From contig JAPLUW010000001.1 of the NCBI GenBank assembly GCA_026397405.1, positions 339,977-403,976 on the forward strand: a stretch of DNA of 64,000 nucleotides, given 5' to 3'. The translations under genes were made by a program, and so were the position numbers. Below, one piece after another: positions 9,425 to 18,174 of the stretch (the first letter of the stretch is position 1; each line of letters opens with the position of its first letter). The stretch comes from Candidatus Adlerbacteria bacterium (lineage in GTDB: Bacteria > Patescibacteriota > Minisyncoccia > Phycocordibacterales > SBAW01). The notes under the pieces were generated by a model, which saw only the letters and a program-made list of their open reading frames with translations, was not told the origin of the DNA and ran no database searches.

Positions 9425-10009
9425 ATGATAAATCCGAAGGAGGAAAAAACGTTTGTGCTTATTAAGCCCGACGGTGTTCGTAAAGGGCTGATAGGGGAGA
9501 TAATCAAACGCTTTGAACAGCGCGACATTAAAGTTGTGGCCCTTGAGATGTTCCAGGCAACCAAGGCGGAGATGGATAAACACTATCCTAAAGACGAAAA
9601 GTGGATACGCCGCCTCGGCGAAAAAACGTCTGCCACCTACCAAAAGTACGGCTACGATGTAAAAAAAGACTTCGGTACCGACGACTTGCTCAAAATTGGT
9701 AAGACGGTGCGCGGCTGGCTTATCGACTTTATGATAAGCGCGCCTATGGCAAAAATGGTTGTACAAGGCGTGCACGCTATAGACATGGTGCGCAAAATTG
9801 TAGGGCCGACCTTGCCGTACTTGGCCGAGATGGGCACCATACGCGGCGACTATTCCACCGACTCTCCGCTGTTGGCCAACATGGAACGCCGCCCGGTACT
9901 TAACCTTATCCATGCGTCGGAAACTCCCGAAGAAGCTAAGCATGAAATCGCGCACTGGTTTGGCAAAAAAACAATTTTCAAATACAAGCGTTTTGGTATT
10001 GACGAGTAG
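9425..10009 (+). CDS. ndk: Nucleoside diphosphate kinase
   Basis: FVLIKPDGVRKGLIGEIIKRFE N-terminus and the NLIHASE active-site His region. Start taken at ATG 9425; the longer ORF from 9410 begins with TTG. Confidence 0.8.
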   Translation: MINPKEEKTFVLIKPDGVRKGLIGEIIKRFEQRDIKVVALEMFQATKAEMDKHYPKDEKWIRRLGEKTSATYQKYGYDVKKDFGTDDLLKIGKTVRGWLIDFMISAPMAKMVVQGVHAIDMVRKIVGPTLPYLAEMGTIRGDYSTDSPLLANMERRPVLNLIHASETPEEAKHEIAHWFGKKTIFKYKRFGIDE

Positions 10010-10103
10010 AGAGCGTAAGGGCAAATACTTAAGGAAAAGTCTGGCCTGCTGGGAGCAGGAGATCCGAGGACTTTTTCGAAAGTATTTGCCCTTTAGCGTT
10101 TGT

Positions 10104-10111
10104 GATATAAT
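10104..10111 (+). promoter_or_regulatory. Extended -10 element TGaTATAAT upstream of the ribonuclease gene
   Basis: The sequence tgtgatataat is seen directly. It would give a leader of about 165 nt. Confidence 0.3.
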
Positions 10112-10284
10112 TGGCGCAGGACCCTGGAAGCAAATGTCCTTAAGTGATCTACCGGGAGTTCGCTGTCGGGCAGCACCGTGGTGTGGCTCGTAGAACACCC
10201 ACTTTACACAAAAGTAGACACTTGCTTCCCTGGTCCCACAGAGCACCCCGCGTCCGGCGCGGGATTTTCTGTAAAAAACTTTCA

Positions 10285-11667
10285 ATGGAGAATAAATCAA
10301 CCATATTTTTTTACGGTGGGGCAGGCACGGTTACGGGCTCAAATTTTTTGCTAGATGGAGGACATTCTAAAATTTTAATAGACTGCGGTTTGTTCCAAGG
10401 CGAACATTCCTTTGACGACACCAACTGGTTGCCGTTCCCCTTTAACCCTGGCGAGATTTCATATTTAATAAATACACACGCACACATCGACCACATTGGA
10501 CGTATTCCAAAGTTGGTTAAAGACGGCTACACGGGGAGGATACTTTCAACCGAAGCAACTAAAGCGCTTGCAGAGCCGATGCTCTTGGACGCCATGGAAC
10601 TTTCCCGCCGTACAGCCGAACATATTGGCAAAGAGCCGTTGTATGACGAAGTGGATATTAGACAGGCGCTTTCGCAGTGGGACACGGTGCCGTACCACAA
10701 GGTAGTGGAGCTGCCCGACGGTTTTAGTGTTGAGTTTTTCGACAGCGGGCACATTTTAGGTTCGGCACTAGCGAAATTTACCCGAGCAGGGAAGTCGGTC
10801 GTGTTTACGGGTGACTTGGGCGGAGGCAATTCGCCCCTACTTTCACTCTGCGAAATACCAGAAGGTGTCGACTATTTAGTGATGGAAAGCGTATACGGCG
10901 ACCGTGTGCAAAAAGACCGCACCAACCGCCTTGAGGATCTTGGGAAATATATTACAGACAATGCAGAGCGCGGCGGCACGTTACTTATCCCTGCATTTTC
11001 AACCGAACGCACACAGGACTTGCTGTATGAAATCCGCGCACTTATGACAGAAAAAAAAGTTCCGAGTGTGCCGGTGTACCTAGACTCGCCTCTCGCAGAG
11101 AAAATTACCGCCAGCTACCTGGCCTACCCGCAGTATTTTAGTAAGGCAATGCAACAGCGCGTGCAGGGTGGAGAGCATATTTTTGAATTCGCCGAACTGC
11201 AGTATGTGCACGACGCAGGGGAGTCTCGCGCAATTGCAGCACGCCCTGGCCCTAAAATTATTTTGGCGGGTTCGGGTATGAGCAACGGTGGCCGCGTTGT
11301 TGGCCACGAAGCCGAGATATTGCCCGACCAAAAGTCGACCGTGCTTATTGTTGGCTACCAAGCTGCGGGGAGTTTAGGTCGCAAACTCGCAGAAGGCGCC
11401 AAACAAGTGTCGATAAAAGGCCAAAAAATTACTGTCCGTGCACATGTCGACACTATGTACGGGTATTCGGCGCATATGGACAGCGAACAGCTGTTGGCAT
11501 TTGCACAACAGGTGGGTGAGGCAAACACAGGTGGCGGTTTACGGGAAGTGTTTGTCGTGATGGGCGAACCTGCAGCGGCAAGTTTTTTAGTACAGCGCCT
11601 ACGCGACTACGTAGGACTACATGCCACAGCACCCACTGCAGGTGAAAAAGCAGAAGTGGCGGTATAA
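10285..11667 (+). CDS. MBL-fold beta-CASP ribonuclease (RNase J / CPSF-like)
   Basis: HxHxDH motif (NTHAHIDHIG), beta-CASP D and H motifs, and an RMMBL-like C-terminus. Start at ATG 10285 (MENKSTIFFYGGAGTV). Confidence 0.75.
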   Translation: MENKSTIFFYGGAGTVTGSNFLLDGGHSKILIDCGLFQGEHSFDDTNWLPFPFNPGEISYLINTHAHIDHIGRIPKLVKDGYTGRILSTEATKALAEPMLLDAMELSRRTAEHIGKEPLYDEVDIRQALSQWDTVPYHKVVELPDGFSVEFFDSGHILGSALAKFTRAGKSVVFTGDLGGGNSPLLSLCEIPEGVDYLVMESVYGDRVQKDRTNRLEDLGKYITDNAERGGTLLIPAFSTERTQDLLYEIRALMTEKKVPSVPVYLDSPLAEKITASYLAYPQYFSKAMQQRVQGGEHIFEFAELQYVHDAGESRAIAARPGPKIILAGSGMSNGGRVVGHEAEILPDQKSTVLIVGYQAAGSLGRKLAEGAKQVSIKGQKITVRAHVDTMYGYSAHMDSEQLLAFAQQVGEANTGGGLREVFVVMGEPAAASFLVQRLRDYVGLHATAPTAGEKAEVAV

Positions 11668-11678
11668 TCTCTACAGAT

Positions 11679-12272
11679 ATGGAACAGACGTATATGCCGG
11701 GGCAGATAAAAATTGGAGTGGCGGGTGCAGCCGAGACTGGCCACTGTGGCATTGATGCAGAAGAAAAGGGAAAGGAGCTTGGCCGCCAAATCGCACAACA
11801 AGGCGCGATACTTTTGACTGGCGCTACAACCGGCTTCCCCATGTGGAGTGCGATGGGTGCCAAAGAAGCAGGAGGACTTTCTGTGGGGCTTTCGCCTGCG
11901 ACAGGCGAGAAAGAGCATATCGAGACATACAACCTACCGCTCGAGTATATGGACATGATAGTTTACACCGGTTTTGGGTACCCGGGGCGTGATATTATTT
12001 TTACCCACTCCACAGACGGCATGCTCTTTGGCTGCGGGCGCATTGGCACTATACACGAATTTACCGTCGCGTTTGAAGACGGTAAACCAATAGGCATTTT
12101 AGAAGGCGCGTGGGAAACAGACGAAGTGTTGCATGACATCATTAACAACGGCCACCGCCCAAGTGACATGATTATTTTTGACAGCGACCCTAAGGCGTTG
12201 GTGGAGAGGGTCGTAGAGATGGTTAAAAAAGACAGAGTTAAACGTGCGGGTTTCCACGTGGCTGCGCTCTAA
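11679..12272 (+). CDS. LOG / TIGR00725-family Rossmann-fold protein (possible lysine-decarboxylase-like nucleotide-binding protein)
   Basis: IGVAGAA...LLTGATTG glycine-rich motifs of the LOG/SLOG fold. Assigned on family resemblance only. Confidence 0.5.
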   Translation: MEQTYMPGQIKIGVAGAAETGHCGIDAEEKGKELGRQIAQQGAILLTGATTGFPMWSAMGAKEAGGLSVGLSPATGEKEHIETYNLPLEYMDMIVYTGFGYPGRDIIFTHSTDGMLFGCGRIGTIHEFTVAFEDGKPIGILEGAWETDEVLHDIINNGHRPSDMIIFDSDPKALVERVVEMVKKDRVKRAGFHVAAL

Positions 12273-12338
12273 AGAGTAGCCCGATTATACCCAGCAGGTG
12301 CCTTTTGTTTGAGGGGTATGTACCGTATCTTTATATAT

Positions 12339-14321
12339 ATGCAACAATTTTTACGTACAAAAACTCTTCTCTCTTTTGTATTCGCTCTTTCTTTTCTATG
12401 TGTACCGACGTTAGCCCTTGCCCAAGAAGACGGCGAACAGCAGGGTCCGGCGCCAGAACAACAGCAACAATATGACGAACCTACGCAGTCTGCACAAACA
12501 AGTAGCGACGACAATAGTTTATACGGCGGCAGCACGGAAGGTGCCAGCACCGCATCCTTTAGTTTCTTCGACACACCTGCACTTGAAACCTCCGGCTGGG
12601 GTGGGGAGGGAAGTCTGGGCGAACCTCAAGTCGGTGGAGGTAGTACTGGCTTTAGCGAACTTCAGCGGCAACTTACCCAAAGTGCTGAACAGACTTATAA
12701 CGGTCCAACAGAAGTACCGATCGAATACAGTAACAGAGACCAACAGGACTTGCTCAATAGCCAACTTCCTAACAAATACGACTACATCAACCAAAGTTTA
12801 ACCAACACTAACAATGTTGGAACCTACGATTTCTTCCCTGAAGGTACTGTGTCACCAGAATTTAATACTCTTGAAAACAGCCTTACCCGCAATGAACTAA
12901 ACGATCCATATTTGCTTAACAAAGACGTTCCTCCTGTTTCGGCTCTTGACTATCAACGGCTGGACCAAGCTCAAGCGCGTGCAGAGCAAGATGCGTTGAA
13001 TGCGCAGCTGAACGAAAATGCGGCAAATAATCCCAATTTGACAGGCCCAGACACGCCGACCCTTTTACAAAATTTGGAAACATGGGCGTTTGGTGGGCCA
13101 AATGAGGGCGGCGACGAAAAAGGCGTTAACGCCGGAGGTAAACCTTTGCCTTCAGAAGAACTTGGAACCACCCTTGAGTCGGGTATCAAAGAGCTTAGGA
13201 CTAGCCCCGAAACGGGAAGCAAGGAAGACTATATTTTCAGTGAAAAAAATGGCGGTTCCTGGATACCGCTTCCTCTCAGTGGGCAGGAGCGTACAGATGT
13301 GGTGAATAGACTACAGGCCGAAGGATATCTTGCAGAAGGGCAAAATGCCAAAATTGTAGAAGTGCGCGACGGCGCAATAAATGCGGAACCAATTGGGTTT
13401 GGTCTGCCCGGCATGTCCCCTACGTCTCCCAGCTCTTCTGCGGGGCCCGATGTGAACATACCTCCTGGTTCTAGCGCTGGCGGCAAACCGTTACCATACG
13501 ACGAGAAAGAAAGTACTATGGTTCCAGCCGGACAGACGCTGGGCGTCGCAGATGGAAAAGGTTCGCGGCTCCTACTGGCAACTCCTGGAGTGGGCGGTTC
13601 TAGTCCAGCACCCGAACAGGCGTCTACCCCTGCCCCAAGCACACAAAGTGGGGGAGGGCTACAAAACTTTGTAGGGAATATTGGTTCGGCTGTGGGTGAA
13701 TTTGGCGCGAAGGTCGGAGATGTTGTAGGTAAGGGAATTACTTCAGTTGCAGACACTCTTTCCGGTTGGGGGAGCTCTATTGGAGGTTTGTTTAGTAGCA
13801 CACCACCTGCGGCATCAAGTGGTTCAAAATATCTCGATTCAACGCCGTCTGTGGGAGACTCTCCAGTAAACCAGGCCGGGGCTCCTACGACCCTGCCGGT
13901 CACGCCAGTTTCTGCTCCTACCGAACCTACCCCTGCCCCTGCTCCATCATCTCCTGCTCCGGCAGAGCAAAAAGTGGGTGGTCCAAGCACTACCCAAATA
14001 CCTCCTTGGAAAGAGGAAGAAGAAACCGTGTTTGTGCCGCCTGCAGCAATTCAAGAAAAATTAACCCCTCCACCTCCAGGTACGCCCTTAGACAGTCCAG
14101 CATCCAAGGCGTATGACGCGCAACTGACAAGAGTTTACGAAGCGATAAACGGACTGGCCCCTGATGAGAAGCAGGCTCTTGTGGAGCAGAAAAAACAATT
14201 GGAAGTCGAAAACAAGCCAGTTCCTCCATGGATGCAAAGCGCAGTCAACCAGATAAATCTTCAAAATGCAATTTTGGAGCAACAGAAGGATTTCTTGAAA
14301 AGAAAAGGGCTTACTAATTAG
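12339..14321 (+). CDS. Large secreted low-complexity (Pro/Ser/Gly/Gln-rich) protein, paralog 1
   Basis: Signal-peptide-like N-terminus (MQQFLRTKTLLSFVFALSFLCVPTLALAQE). About 660 aa with biased composition. Shares motifs with the downstream gene (AQEDGEQQGP..., SFFDTPALETSGWGG). Confidence 0.6.
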   Translation: MQQFLRTKTLLSFVFALSFLCVPTLALAQEDGEQQGPAPEQQQQYDEPTQSAQTSSDDNSLYGGSTEGASTASFSFFDTPALETSGWGGEGSLGEPQVGGGSTGFSELQRQLTQSAEQTYNGPTEVPIEYSNRDQQDLLNSQLPNKYDYINQSLTNTNNVGTYDFFPEGTVSPEFNTLENSLTRNELNDPYLLNKDVPPVSALDYQRLDQAQARAEQDALNAQLNENAANNPNLTGPDTPTLLQNLETWAFGGPNEGGDEKGVNAGGKPLPSEELGTTLESGIKELRTSPETGSKEDYIFSEKNGGSWIPLPLSGQERTDVVNRLQAEGYLAEGQNAKIVEVRDGAINAEPIGFGLPGMSPTSPSSSAGPDVNIPPGSSAGGKPLPYDEKESTMVPAGQTLGVADGKGSRLLLATPGVGGSSPAPEQASTPAPSTQSGGGLQNFVGNIGSAVGEFGAKVGDVVGKGITSVADTLSGWGSSIGGLFSSTPPAASSGSKYLDSTPSVGDSPVNQAGAPTTLPVTPVSAPTEPTPAPAPSSPAPAEQKVGGPSTTQIPPWKEEEETVFVPPAAIQEKLTPPPPGTPLDSPASKAYDAQLTRVYEAINGLAPDEKQALVEQKKQLEVENKPVPPWMQSAVNQINLQNAILEQQKDFLKRKGLTN

Positions 14322-14392
14322 CCGGTCTTCTGTAAGTTATACCCACCCCCTTCTTCTGCCTATGGGGAATATCAGCTATTGTTAGGGGACAT

Positions 14393-16882
14393 ATGCAATT
14401 TTTTATAGGCAAAAAAGTCGCCACTATTAGTTTTGTTGTAGCGTCGGCAGTGTTGTGTGCGCCGCTTGTTGCGCTCGCTCAAGATACTGCGCCGCAGCCC
14501 CAACAATCATTTCTTGGTTTTATAGTACAAAACATATTTTTGTCACCGTTGTCGTTTGCCGCGCCGTCGCTTGAAGCTGCGTCGGCTATGCGTGCGGTAC
14601 TTGCCCAAGAAGGCGGCGAACAGTCAGGGCCCGAACCAGAGGCCCAGCCCATGCAAAACGAAGAGCCCACACAACCTGCACCCGTCGACTCTTCGTTTGG
14701 CGGTAATACAGAAGTCGGTGGCGGCGGTGGAGGTTCTGGTAGTACGGGAGATCCAACTTCTGTCCCAATTAGTTTTTTCGACCCACCAGCACTCAAAACA
14801 TTTGGGTGGGGAGGAGGGCCGCTTCAACCGGAAACATCAGAACCCATTAAATATGAAGTAACAGAAAGTCGATATACAGAGCAAGGAGGACAAGAGTATA
14901 CACCGCTTAACCAAGCTCAGAAGCCCCAACAACAGGGGCCAGAGCCGGAGCAGCAGATTGGTGCAAATGGAGTGGCACAAAACGGACCAGTTGATCCTTC
15001 GTTTGGTGGTAATGCGGAAGTTGCTGTCGGGGGCGGATTCAGTCTTTTTAAAAAACCCCAACAGGAAACACCAGAGTTAGGACAAGAACCTGTACAATAT
15101 AAAACACAAGACACTGCATATAAAGAACTAGACTATATGCCGCTTAACCAAGCTCAAGCGCCAGCACCAAAGCAACAAGATTCGCTGAATGCACAAAATG
15201 TACTCGCCACATCAAAATTTCTCGACGCAAACGGAGTGTCACCAGAGGAACAAAAAACTATTTTGGGTGGGCTCTATGACTTTGTAACTGGTGCAGATAC
15301 AAAAGATGGCCCGATGGTTTCTAACTCTGGATGTAAAACTCCAGATGGGTCCTCATGTACTCTAGAAAGCAAATATCTAGGAGGTTCACGTCCCCAGCTA
15401 GGGAATGATTATGATACAGGCATACGCGCCCTGCCAAATGTGTATGTAAACACTGCCCCTTTTACTTTTGCATATGTTGAGAAAGGCGGTGTCGGATATT
15501 GGTACAGTCTTGGATATAATAGTGAACCAGAGGGAATCGCTAAAGGAGTAGCAGCTTTAAAGGAAGAAGGTTATGAGAATATTCGAGGAGTCGTGCTAAC
15601 AGCGGGGGGAGCAGAGACTAAAGAGGTAAATTTGATGCCGGCGGGTGGTTTGCAGCAAATCGAAACATACACTGTTCCTGGTGCAACTGCTGATAAGCTT
15701 GCTCCTACGCTTCCGCCCGGTTTTGATCCTAATACTAGTCTTGAGGAGGGCAAGAAAGATTTAATATCTCGCAGTGCGGATGCTGTTTTTGTGGATAATA
15801 AATGGTATCCATCGCCAGTAGATCTCAATGAGAGAAAAGCTTTGATAGAACAACTACAGGCAAAAGGAGATGTAACAGAGATACGGAGTGGCGGAATATA
15901 TGAGTTTAAAAGTCAGCCTGGAGGAGCCCCTTCAGGACCGCAAGGGAATGAAAATCCATCACCAAACACTGGTCCTCGTAACGAAGTACCGCCAGGTCTG
16001 GGCCCCCGCGCAGTTGCTGGACTTGAAACTACAGTAGGTCTTCCGGGTTCAAAGCTCCCACCATTTAATCTCACTCCAGGCTCTAATGTGTTGCCTACAT
16101 TTAGCAACCCTACTCCTAATAAGCCATATGACCCTTTATATGGTACTGATAATATTGTCCCAGCTGGCGCTAAGATGCCAGTAGTTGGTGGTGGCACAGG
16201 CTCTAACACCCCAGGGTCTGCTGTCACAGGCGGGGGCAGCGCAGGAGTTGAATCTTCATATTATGTAAATCTCAAAGGGGAAGGTACCGGCTTGGTTACC
16301 TTGCGTGAAGGTCAAGCACCACCAGCCGGGTACACTCGTGTGTGGTCCACAGGGGACGGTGGTTTTACACCTACTGCACCAACCCGTGAAGGAGGGCAGA
16401 GCTTCGCTGAAACGGCTCTGGTAAATAGAATACAGGCAAGTGCTAATGCTCCTGTCCCTGTCGAGCCTCCCGGTTTCTTCGAACGGGCATGGAATTTTAT
16501 TACAGGACGTTCCTCTAGTGCTCCTGCTCCAACTTCACAAACCCCATATTCTTCAGTAGATGACCTGTTGCGTACCGACCGACCGGCTACTCCCGCCGCT
16601 ACCACACCGACAAGTGCTAATAACTTCACGATTGACCCGGCTACAGGGCGTGTTACAGCAGTTGATCCTATTACAGGGCGTACTTCCGCAGTAGATGTTC
16701 CAGTTTCTCGCTCTGCTACTTCGCCAGCGCCCGCTACTGAATCTCCGTCTTTTTGGAGTGATCCTATTGGTTATTTAAGCAGCAAGGGGATCATTGGACC
16801 ACCACCAAAAGTTTTGCAAGCACCGCCACCACAAAAGCAACCTGAAGGGTTTCTCATTGGCGGTGGTATTAGAATAAGGTAA
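14393..16882 (+). CDS. Large secreted low-complexity protein, paralog 2, with internal repeats
   Basis: Signal peptide plus AQEGGEQSGPEPE and SFFDPPALKTFGWGG motifs paralogous to the upstream gene. Internal duplications (VDSSFGGNTEV / VDPSFGGNAEV, Y[TM]PLNQAQ). 829 aa. Confidence 0.6.
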   Translation: MQFFIGKKVATISFVVASAVLCAPLVALAQDTAPQPQQSFLGFIVQNIFLSPLSFAAPSLEAASAMRAVLAQEGGEQSGPEPEAQPMQNEEPTQPAPVDSSFGGNTEVGGGGGGSGSTGDPTSVPISFFDPPALKTFGWGGGPLQPETSEPIKYEVTESRYTEQGGQEYTPLNQAQKPQQQGPEPEQQIGANGVAQNGPVDPSFGGNAEVAVGGGFSLFKKPQQETPELGQEPVQYKTQDTAYKELDYMPLNQAQAPAPKQQDSLNAQNVLATSKFLDANGVSPEEQKTILGGLYDFVTGADTKDGPMVSNSGCKTPDGSSCTLESKYLGGSRPQLGNDYDTGIRALPNVYVNTAPFTFAYVEKGGVGYWYSLGYNSEPEGIAKGVAALKEEGYENIRGVVLTAGGAETKEVNLMPAGGLQQIETYTVPGATADKLAPTLPPGFDPNTSLEEGKKDLISRSADAVFVDNKWYPSPVDLNERKALIEQLQAKGDVTEIRSGGIYEFKSQPGGAPSGPQGNENPSPNTGPRNEVPPGLGPRAVAGLETTVGLPGSKLPPFNLTPGSNVLPTFSNPTPNKPYDPLYGTDNIVPAGAKMPVVGGGTGSNTPGSAVTGGGSAGVESSYYVNLKGEGTGLVTLREGQAPPAGYTRVWSTGDGGFTPTAPTREGGQSFAETALVNRIQASANAPVPVEPPGFFERAWNFITGRSSSAPAPTSQTPYSSVDDLLRTDRPATPAATTPTSANNFTIDPATGRVTAVDPITGRTSAVDVPVSRSATSPAPATESPSFWSDPIGYLSSKGIIGPPPKVLQAPPPQKQPEGFLIGGGIRIR

Positions 16883-16894
16883 AACGTAAAACGG

Positions 16895-16930
16895 TAAAAA
16901 ATCCCTCTAGGTTAGAGGGATTTTTTATTT
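16895..16930. terminator. Bidirectional intrinsic terminator (TCCCTCT-AGGTT-AGAGGGA, followed by a T run)
   Basis: Inverted repeat with flanking A and T tracts, lying between the convergent gene at 16882 and rplT. Confidence 0.65.
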
Positions 16931-16940
16931 GGAGCGTTTA

Positions 16941-17291
16941 TTATTTTACTTTGGCTACTATCTTTGCAAATATTTCCGGAGACTGTTCTGCAAGGAGAGA
17001 AAGCATTTTGCGGTTTATCGCAATCTCGGCCTTCTTAAGTGCACCTATAAACTTGCTGTATGAAAACTTTTCGTCAATTTGGTCGAGGCCGGCGTTGATG
17101 CGCACGTTCCAGAGTTTGCGGTAGTCGTTCTTTTTGTCGCGGCGGTGGGCAAACGCGTACTTACCCGCGTGGAAGATAGCTTCGCGAGCCTGCTTCTTTT
17201 TTGTTGAGCGGCCAAAGCGGTAGCCTTTGGTCATCGCAAGCATGTTCTTGCGGCGCTTCAATGAATTTACTCCTCCTTTTACGCGTGACAT
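16941..17291 (-). CDS. rplT: 50S ribosomal protein L20
   Basis: 116 aa. MSRVKGGVNSLKRRK... is typical of L20. Canonical infC-rpmI-rplT order. Confidence 0.9.
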   Translation of the reverse strand: MSRVKGGVNSLKRRKNMLAMTKGYRFGRSTKKKQAREAIFHAGKYAFAHRRDKKNDYRKLWNVRINAGLDQIDEKFSYSKFIGALKKAEIAINRKMLSLLAEQSPEIFAKIVAKVK

Positions 17292-17301
17292 AGTAGTGTA
17301 A

Positions 17302-17502
17302 TTAGTTCTTATTCTTAGACGCAGTACCGACGTACATCTGCGACACCTTTGGGCTTACGGTCAACTGCTGTGAGCGGTTACCGTCCATCTGGGTCGAACG
17401 GCCTTCCTTTGCATTAAAGTGGTTCTGGCCTGGCTTGCGCGCAATAAGCTTACCGTTTTTGGTAATTTTAATGCGCTTGGTAAATGCTTTGTTTGTTTTC
17501 AT
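17302..17502 (-). CDS. rpmI: 50S ribosomal protein L35
   Basis: 66 aa and basic. MKTNKAFTKRIKITKNGKL... is typical of L35. Confidence 0.85.
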   Translation of the reverse strand: MKTNKAFTKRIKITKNGKLIARKPGQNHFNAKEGRSTQMDGNRSQQLTVSPKVSQMYVGTASKNKN

Positions 17503-17517
17503 GGAAATTTCTCTAAT

Positions 17518-18081
17518 CTATGCTTTCTTGCCGGCTCTCTCGATTACTGTTGTCAGGCCTTTAGGGCTTTTGGTTATGGGGTCGCTTATCTTGTACTCCT
17601 CGGGGATGATTTTTAAAAATCGCTCGAGGCGTTCCTTCAAAAAGGCAAACTCCATATACTTGTAGCGCCCCCACAAAAAGAGGTCTACTTTGACCCGGTG
17701 GCCTTCCTTAAGCCACTCTGCAGCCCTTTTGGCCTTTAATTGCAGGTCATTTTCGCCGGTCCCTATTTTCACCTGGACGCTCTTCGTCTCCGTGGTGTGC
17801 GACTTCGCCTTCATTTCCCGGCGTTTCTTCTCCTGTTCGTATTGGAATTTACCATATTCCATGATTTTTGCAACAGGTGGGACGGCCCCGGCCGAGATCT
17901 CTATAAGGTCCAAACCGACCTCTTCGGCACGACGGATAGCTTCAGAAAGCGCCAAAACACCAAAGTTCTCGCCTTCGGGGCCTATGACGCGTACCTCTGC
18001 CGCGCGTATGTGGTGGTTGATGCGTGTATCCAAAGTAGTTGTGTTGGGAAACAGTATACCAGAAAAGGTGTTTTTTACCAC
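17518..18081 (-). CDS. infC: Translation initiation factor IF-3
   Basis: RINHHIRAAEVRVIGPEGENFGVL N-domain and the C-domain. The true start is probably a non-ATG codon downstream of 18081, since IF-3 genes often use AUU/UUG; the start is uncertain. Confidence 0.8.
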   Translation of the reverse strand: MVKNTFSGILFPNTTTLDTRINHHIRAAEVRVIGPEGENFGVLALSEAIRRAEEVGLDLIEISAGAVPPVAKIMEYGKFQYEQEKKRREMKAKSHTTETKSVQVKIGTGENDLQLKAKRAAEWLKEGHRVKVDLFLWGRYKYMEFAFLKERLERFLKIIPEEYKISDPITKSPKGLTTVIERAGKKA

Positions 18082-18174
18082 TGGGAGTCCTCACGAGAGC
18101 TTCATTAAGAATAGGGGACAATGTGGGTGCAGTTTCAAACAGCAGTCTATTATTTACTACGCGAATTTATTTGT

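Noticed and set aside
9359-10300. 313-aa minus-strand ORF covering the map 3' end, all of ndk and the RNase leader
   Set aside because: It is antisense to two well-supported genes and the promoter between them. The protein is Arg/Phe-rich with no recognisable motifs, and it begins with a non-ATG codon. It is a typical shadow ORF.
13229-13990. 253-aa minus-strand ORF inside the secreted-protein gene
   Set aside because: It is antisense to a Pro/Ala/Gly-rich coding region, low-complexity, and has no start context. Similar shadow ORFs at 24716-25294 (in ftsH), 49293-50336 (in ligA), 5031-5579 (in rpsE) and 34097-34648 (in the RND gene) were rejected for the same reason.
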